DNA of 64,000 nt from positions 1,501,058 through 1,565,057 of the forward strand of contig OX638318.1 of assembly GCA_951812585.1 (NCBI GenBank). Reading direction: 5' to 3'. The DNA comes from Rhodothermales bacterium (GTDB lineage: Bacteria; Bacteroidota; Rhodothermia; Rhodothermales; Bin80). This document shows, piece after piece, positions 58,295 through 64,000 of this stretch; within the stretch, counting starts at the first letter, position 1, and each line of letters starts with the position of its first letter. The position numbers were made by a program, and so were the translations under genes. Under the pieces are notes generated by a model. That model ran no database searches, had not been told where the DNA came from, and was given only the letters and a program-made list of their open reading frames with translations.

Positions 58295-58465
58295 GGTTAC
58301 AGGAGCACCGTAGTTTGAAGCGTGAAAATAGCGCACATTGCCCTAATGCTGACGCGCAGAGGGGTATTTTTGTAGATTATGCACGCTAGCCAACGCCATC
58401 GCCATCTGCGAACCCATCGTTCCCTTGCGGCTTAAAGCGTCGCTGGGTCTATCCCTCACGATCTC

Positions 58466-59314
58466 ATGGCGTGGTTTCAGCGCAAGAAGAAGGGCATCCT
58501 TACCACGCGGAACGATCAAAACAATATTCCAGAGGGTCATTGGGTCAAGTGTCCCAAGTGTGCGTTGATCAACAACCATAGGGAGCTGGATGGCAATGCC
58601 TGGGTCTGCGTAAAGTGCGACTACCACTACCGATTCGGGGCCGGCCGGTACTTTGACCTGCTCTTCGACAACGCAACGTACACGCTGCATGATGCAGATC
58701 TGGTTCCGCAGGATCCATTGTCATTTACGGACCGCAAAGCGTACGCTGACCGTCTGCGGACGGCGGCACAGGAGACCGGCATGAACGACGCTGTGCGTGC
58801 CGCGACCGGCAATGTCGGCGGACATCCCGTCTCCATGGCGGCGATGGATTTCAGCTTCATCGGCGGCTCGATGGGTTCAGTCGTGGGCGAAATTGTTACC
58901 CGCGCCATCAAGCGGGCCGCCGCGCAGCAGATGCCGCTGATCGTGATTTCGCAAAGCGGCGGCGCGCGCATGATGGAGGGCGCGTTAAGCCTCATGCAGA
59001 TGGCCAAGACCAGTGCAAACCTTACGCGGCTGGATCAGATGCGGCTTCCGTACATCTCCGTGCTGACCAATCCGACCACCGGCGGCGTGACCGCTTCGTT
59101 TGCGATGCTGGGCGATATCAACATTGCAGAGCCGGGGGCGCTCATCGGCTTTGCCGGTCCGCGCGTCATCCGCGAAACGATCGGCCAAGATCTGCCGCCC
59201 GGTTTCCAGAGCGCTGAATTCTTGCAAGATCACGGATTTGTTGACATGATCGTGGATCGCCGACAGCTTCGCAGCAGGATTGTTCACCTCTTGGATCTCA
59301 TTCTCGAGCCGTAA
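58466..59314 (+). CDS. accD: Acetyl-CoA carboxylase carboxyltransferase beta subunit
   Basis: WVKCPKC...VCVKC, GGSMGSVVGE, SGGARMMEG, PTTGGVTASFA, GFAGPRVI. Confidence 0.98.
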   Translation: MAWFQRKKKGILTTRNDQNNIPEGHWVKCPKCALINNHRELDGNAWVCVKCDYHYRFGAGRYFDLLFDNATYTLHDADLVPQDPLSFTDRKAYADRLRTAAQETGMNDAVRAATGNVGGHPVSMAAMDFSFIGGSMGSVVGEIVTRAIKRAAAQQMPLIVISQSGGARMMEGALSLMQMAKTSANLTRLDQMRLPYISVLTNPTTGGVTASFAMLGDINIAEPGALIGFAGPRVIRETIGQDLPPGFQSAEFLQDHGFVDMIVDRRQLRSRIVHLLDLILEP

Positions 59315-59328
59315 GCACATCCTTTCCC

Positions 59329-60048
59329 ATGGTTGTCGAGGTGCTGTCCTCGTACGAGGCAGTCAGTGATCGCGCATTTGAAATCTTGGCCACGCGCATT
59401 TGCACGGTGCCGGGCTCTGTCCTAGGTCTGGCAACCGGAAGCACGCCCATAGGTCTGTACCAGCGGCTTGCCGCCGCTGACCTGAACTGGTCGCAAGTGA
59501 AGTCTTTTAATCTGGACGAATACGTCGGGCTCGCGCCCGATCACCCAAAGAGCTATCACCATTTCATGTGGACGCACCTGTTCAGCCAGGTGAACATTCC
59601 GCCAGCCCATGTCTTTATCCCCGATGCTGATGAGGGCGGCGGCGCCTTCGAATCACGCATTGCGGCCGCGGGCGGCATTGATCTGCAGGTACTAGGCCTC
59701 GGCACCAACGGGCATATCGGTTTCAACGAGCCTGGCTCGCGCTTGGACTCGCGCACGCGCCGGGTAGCGCTCTCCGCGCGCACCATCGCCGACAATGCTC
59801 GCTTTTTCGATTCCGTGGCCGATGTGCCCCGGCATGCCCTCACCATGGGCATCGGCACGATTATGCAGGCGCGCGCCATCTTGCTCATGGCATGCGGAGC
59901 GGGCAAGGCCGCTGCCGCGGCGGGCGCACTGGAAGGGCCGGTCACGACCGACCTGCCTGCCTCAGTGCTGCAGCGCCACGCTGAGGTCCATGTGCTCCTT
60001 GACGAGGCTGCCGCCTCACAACTTGGAAGTAATCCACCACCACAGTGA
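59329..60048 (+). CDS. nagB: Glucosamine-6-phosphate deaminase
   Basis: LGLATGSTP, FNLDEYVGL, GTNGHIGFNEPG, TMGIGTI. Confidence 0.96.
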   Translation: MVVEVLSSYEAVSDRAFEILATRICTVPGSVLGLATGSTPIGLYQRLAAADLNWSQVKSFNLDEYVGLAPDHPKSYHHFMWTHLFSQVNIPPAHVFIPDADEGGGAFESRIAAAGGIDLQVLGLGTNGHIGFNEPGSRLDSRTRRVALSARTIADNARFFDSVADVPRHALTMGIGTIMQARAILLMACGAGKAAAAAGALEGPVTTDLPASVLQRHAEVHVLLDEAAASQLGSNPPPQ

Positions 60049-61178
60049 TACTGATTCTCAAGCCCAACACGAATCCTGCTTCGGAAGAATACCAGCTGCT
60101 TTTGCGATACCTGGATGCACTCAATGGCGTAGCGCACGAAGTACGCCACATCCAGGGTGCAGAGCAGCGTCTGACAGAGATTTACCTCATTGGGGACACC
60201 AAGCCTCTCTTGATACAGTTCATGCGCGGGCTGCCGTGCGTGCAGCGTGTGGTGCGTGTGCAGGAGGCGTACCGGTTCCTCGGCCGGCATGGCGACGAAG
60301 CCCTGCAGCATGGCTTCACCTACAATGGCGTCACATTCGATCAGGACTGTCTGCATGTATTCGCCGGACTCTGCGCCGTCGACACGCGCAGCAATGTGGA
60401 GGCGATGATGCGGGCCCTGCAGGCAAACAACCAGCAGTGTACGCGCATGGGCGCGTACAAGCCGCGGACTAATCCGTATTCGTTTCAGGGTCATGGGGCC
60501 GCTTGTCTGCCGTACGTCTTTGAGCTCGCAGGCAAGTACGGCATCAAGGTCATCGCCATGGAGGTCACGCACGAATCCCACATCGAGGAAATCAATGAAG
60601 CGCTGGAGCTGACTGGGCAGCCTACCGGCATCATGCTGCAGATAGGCACGCGCAATACGCAGAACTTTGAACTGCTCAAGGCAGCGGGGCGGCAAGAGAC
60701 GCATCCGGTGCTGCTCAAGCGCGGGTTTGGCATCACGCTGAACGAGTCACTCAACGCTGCCGAATACCTGGCCAGCGAGGGCAATCGCAATGTGGTTTTT
60801 GCGCTCCGCGGCATGAAGACGAACCTGGGCGATCCGCATCGCAACTTTGTGGACTTTTCGCATGTGCCGGTGATTCACCGGCTGACGCGCATGCCCGTAT
60901 GCGTGGATCCCTCGCACGCCGTGGGCAGTCGCCACCGCACCCCTGACGGGGTCCTGGACCTGTTGCATGCAACCGCGCAGGGCGTCATTGCCGGTGCCAA
61001 CATCGTGCTGGTGGATTTTCATCCAAGGCCAAGTCAGGCCCTTGTGGATGGCCCCCAAGCTTTGTTGATGTCAGAGCTGCCCACCTTCCTGGAAGATGTG
61101 CACATCGCTCGCAGCGCCTATGAGAAGCGCGTTTCCCTCGTCAAATCGTACCGGCAAGGTCAGGCCGTCGCAGCGTAG
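60045..61178 (+). CDS. DAHP synthase (type I-beta) with N-terminal regulatory domain
   Basis: GAYKPRTNPYSFQG, QIGTRNTQNFELL, LLKRG, DPSHAVG, DGPQ. Confidence 0.92.
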   Translation: MILILKPNTNPASEEYQLLLRYLDALNGVAHEVRHIQGAEQRLTEIYLIGDTKPLLIQFMRGLPCVQRVVRVQEAYRFLGRHGDEALQHGFTYNGVTFDQDCLHVFAGLCAVDTRSNVEAMMRALQANNQQCTRMGAYKPRTNPYSFQGHGAACLPYVFELAGKYGIKVIAMEVTHESHIEEINEALELTGQPTGIMLQIGTRNTQNFELLKAAGRQETHPVLLKRGFGITLNESLNAAEYLASEGNRNVVFALRGMKTNLGDPHRNFVDFSHVPVIHRLTRMPVCVDPSHAVGSRHRTPDGVLDLLHATAQGVIAGANIVLVDFHPRPSQALVDGPQALLMSELPTFLEDVHIARSAYEKRVSLVKSYRQGQAVAA

Positions 61179-61489
61179 CCCACGATCCATCCGCGTCTCA
61201 GCCCAACTAATTTTGACACCATGCCCCGGTGTACAACCGCAATTGCAAGGAGCGGCGGTTATGAGTCGGTGCCAGCAGCTTCGAGTTGAGCGCCTGCCGC
61301 TCGGCCTGTGCGTGGCGCAAAAGCGCGGCGTTCACGCGATCGGCTGCGTGCGTGGGTCCCTGATGCCCCCGGAGGAGCGCCCGCCAGCATGCCCGGGAGC
61401 AGCAGGATGATTGTGCGGGCGCCATCGCGCGGATGCTGGAACCAGCACGCGTGTCCGGGTGCACGTTGCACCAGCGTGACGCGGGGGTC

Positions 61490-63280
61490 CTATCGCGCCC
61501 GTGAGCATGCATCATGAAGCGCTTCGGCGCGCACGATGAGCGCCTCGATGGCGCGCAGGCCTTGTTGCCAGAAGGCTTTGTCCTGCAAATCGATCCCCAG
61601 CCTGCCGACCAGGACATGCGGCCAGTCGCTGCCGCCTGCCGCCAACAGATCCAGATACCTTGATGGAAAGCCCGCGGGATCTGCCTCGTATAGCGCGTGC
61701 AGCGATAGCACCAAGAGCTCTCCAAAGGCGTAGGCGTAGACGTATCCGGGCGTGTGGAGAAAGTGCGGGATGTAGCTCCACCAGTGGCGGTAGTGATCTC
61801 CCAGTGCAACGCTCCCCTGAAACATCGCCGCCTGCGTCTCCATCCACAGCGCAGCAAACTGATCTGCAGACAACTCGCCCGATTCGCGGCGTGCCGTATG
61901 GATGCGGTCCTCAAAGCGATTCAGCGCCACCTGCCTGAACACCGTCGCGATCGTGTCGTCAACCCTGGACACCAGGAGCGCGAGCTGCGTGCGTGGATCC
62001 GATTCACGCCGCAAAAGCTCCTTGAAGACCACCAGTTCCCCAAAGATCGACGCCGTCTCTGCCGTTGTCAGGGGCGTACGCGCCTGCAACACCCCATGGT
62101 CACGCGACAGGTACTGATGCACGCCATGCCCAAGTTCATGCGCCAGTGTCTGAACGTCGCGGGCCTTGCCGGTGTAGTTCAACAGCACATAGGGATGTGC
62201 GCTCGGCACCGCTCCGTGGCTGTATGCACCGCCCTGCTTTCCAGCCACCACAGGCGCGTCTATCCACTGTCCCGCAAAGAAGCGTTCTGCCACCTGCCCC
62301 ATCCGTGGATGAAAACTGCTGTAGGATTCCAGCACGAGTGCCTTGGCTTCCTCCCAGTGATAGAACGTGTCAGCTTCGGGCAAGGGTGCATAGCGGTCGT
62401 AGTCCTGCAGCGGCGAGTGTCCCAAGAGACGTCCCTTGAGCGCATAGTAGCGGGCCACAAGGTCGTAGCGTTGCGTGACGGCTTCAACAAGGGCATCCGC
62501 CATGTCGTCGCTGATCTCATTGGCCAGGTTGCGGCTTCTGATCCAGTGCGGATAGGCGCGCAGCCGATCACTGGTGGCTTTGTCGGCCAAAAGCGTGTTG
62601 AAAACAAAGGCCAGCGTGTGCGACCGCGCCTTGAGTCCCTCTGTGAAGGCCAAGGCTGCACGCTGGCGCAGATCGCGGTCCGACTCATGGAGTTTCGCCA
62701 GTATGTGCTGCTGCGTCAGCGACGCACCATCGAGCGTGAACCGCAGCCCGCCCATCGTTTCTGTGAAGTACCGCACCCAAGCGCTTCGCCCTGTTACGTC
62801 TCTCTCCACCAGGACCTTCTCCTCAGGTTCTGACAGCACATGGTCCCGATAAAGCCGCTCACGCTCCAGGTAATGCCTGTACCGGTGCAGCGCGGGCGAC
62901 ACCATGAGCGCCTCGGCGCGCGCTTCGTCTATGTGCACCCACTCCAACTCAAAGAACAGCACCGAGCGTGTGATGCGCGTGTAGCTCTCCCTGACCCGCT
63001 GCAACAGCGCACCGCGCTCTGCATCCAGCGTAGCGGTGGACCAGTTCAAATAGGCATAGGTGTGCGCGCGTCCTGCAGTGTCGAGGAGTGATTCCAGCGT
63101 CGCCAGCGCGGCTGCCAAGGAAGCGGCATCAAGCGCCTCGATGCGACCGAGATAGGCTGTGGAAAAGTCCTCCGCAGCCTTCTCCGCCAGGTCCAGGTCT
63201 GCCTGCAACGCCCCCGTATCCGGATAGAGATCGGTCAGGTGCCAGCGAATGTCTTCCGCGCCCGTCTTCGGCTGTACCAT
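61490..63280 (-). CDS. pepF: M3B oligoendopeptidase F
   Basis: W.LTDLY, GKQGGAYS, TLAHELGH, AETAS, WSYIPHF...YVYAYAFG; ATG 63280. Confidence 0.92.
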   Translation of the reverse strand: MVQPKTGAEDIRWHLTDLYPDTGALQADLDLAEKAAEDFSTAYLGRIEALDAASLAAALATLESLLDTAGRAHTYAYLNWSTATLDAERGALLQRVRESYTRITRSVLFFELEWVHIDEARAEALMVSPALHRYRHYLERERLYRDHVLSEPEEKVLVERDVTGRSAWVRYFTETMGGLRFTLDGASLTQQHILAKLHESDRDLRQRAALAFTEGLKARSHTLAFVFNTLLADKATSDRLRAYPHWIRSRNLANEISDDMADALVEAVTQRYDLVARYYALKGRLLGHSPLQDYDRYAPLPEADTFYHWEEAKALVLESYSSFHPRMGQVAERFFAGQWIDAPVVAGKQGGAYSHGAVPSAHPYVLLNYTGKARDVQTLAHELGHGVHQYLSRDHGVLQARTPLTTAETASIFGELVVFKELLRRESDPRTQLALLVSRVDDTIATVFRQVALNRFEDRIHTARRESGELSADQFAALWMETQAAMFQGSVALGDHYRHWWSYIPHFLHTPGYVYAYAFGELLVLSLHALYEADPAGFPSRYLDLLAAGGSDWPHVLVGRLGIDLQDKAFWQQGLRAIEALIVRAEALHDACSRAR

Positions 63281-63716
63281 ACTCCTCCGTGAAATGTGCC
63301 ACGTAAAACCATAGCGGTCAGGATTTGTTGTCGGGCAGATGGTTGCCCTGGCCGCTTTGAGCGCGCACGGCACCGTGCGCGAAATGGCCGCGCACGCGTC
63401 CAGACCACATTGCCTGAGTCCTGTTGTCGACAGCCCCTGTGCACAGGACAGCACCGAGGGGCTGCTTCCAACAGCGAGTTCGCCGGAACACCTGCCCGGC
63501 ATGAAGGCACACGCATGCACAGCATAATGGCATGGCTGCCATGAATGGTTCGCCTTGGGCAAATGGCCGTAAGCCCGTCTGCGCGGTGGGGGCGCAAAGC
63601 ACGCGGGTGCCTGACCTGCATAGCGCCAAACGATCCCATTCAAAGATTCCCTTCATTGATGTATGTTTGTCCTCGACACCTTCCAGCGCGGCTTGCGCCC
63701 CCAAATAAAAACTTCC

Positions 63717-64000
63717 ATGAAGCTACTCCAGCTGGCATGTCTGGCACTTCTCGCCCCCTCAACGGCCGTGCTGCCGGCTTCAGCCCAGAACGATGTAGCA
63801 CCGAAACCGATCAGTGATTTCACGCTGCAAACGCTGCAAGGCGATTCTTTGCAGCTTTATTCGCTTCGCGGAAACGTGGTGCTGCTCAACCTCTGGGCTA
63901 CGTGGTGTACCCCCTGCCTTGAAGAAATGCCTGACCTCAACACGCTGCACGAGGACCTTGGTGCGGACGGCCTGGTCGTGGTGGGCCTTTCAGTCGACAA
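63717..64000 (+). CDS. TlpA/ResA-family thiol-disulfide oxidoreductase (partial, runs off the window)
   Basis: Hand translation MKLLQLACLALLAPS...DFTLQTLQG...LRGNVVLLNLWATWCTPCLEEMPDL...VVVGLSVD. Confidence 0.9.
   Translation, partial: MKLLQLACLALLAPSTAVLPASAQNDVAPKPISDFTLQTLQGDSLQLYSLRGNVVLLNLWATWCTPCLEEMPDLNTLHEDLGADGLVVVGLSVD

Noticed and set aside
63295..63310. parS-like TGTGCCACGTAAAACC upstream of pepF
   Set aside because: Four mismatches to the consensus and a broken palindrome
1..64000. CRISPR arrays, rRNA, prophage, defence systems, integration at tRNA 3' ends
   Set aside because: No spaced direct repeats, no cas, phage or defence genes, and no duplicated tRNA ends found; the WYL gene has no defence neighbours

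Overview
High-GC bacterial chromosome segment spanning the replication-origin region. T9SS C-terminal sorting domains, the gene complement and the protein styles point to Rhodothermota/Bacteroidota (Rhodothermales-like; inference). Core blocks are coaBC-gmk; dnaA-dnaN-rplM-rpsI-rpsB-tsf-pyrH-frr-tRNA-Ser; a probable oriC upstream of dnaA; yceD-rpmF-plsX-fabH-fabD-fabG-DEAD helicase; tRNA-Gly and tRNA-Val; rpmH-rnpA-yidC-mnmE-mnmG-rsmG followed by a WYL regulator; then mfd, murQ, recF, uvrA, an EF-G paralog, accD, nagB, DAHP synthase and pepF. There are two parS sites. Accessory material: four defective IS1595-family elements, each with an intact small passenger ORF; two of these form a composite transposon with outer TTATTTA direct repeats and a captured peptide/beta-propeller/CxxC cargo; an IS66 remnant; and nested group II intron 3' ends next to a probable recombinase remnant. 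The most unusual observations are (1) a degenerate copy of the dnaA domain I region between dnaA and oriC, (2) the composite transposon cargo, (3) the nested intron relic, (4) the conserved IS1595 passenger peptide, and (5) an uncharacterised flippase-like/DUF3047/MMPL/TPR/GT4 envelope cluster. No CRISPR array or rRNA seen. All calls come from reading the sequence by eye; no searches were run.
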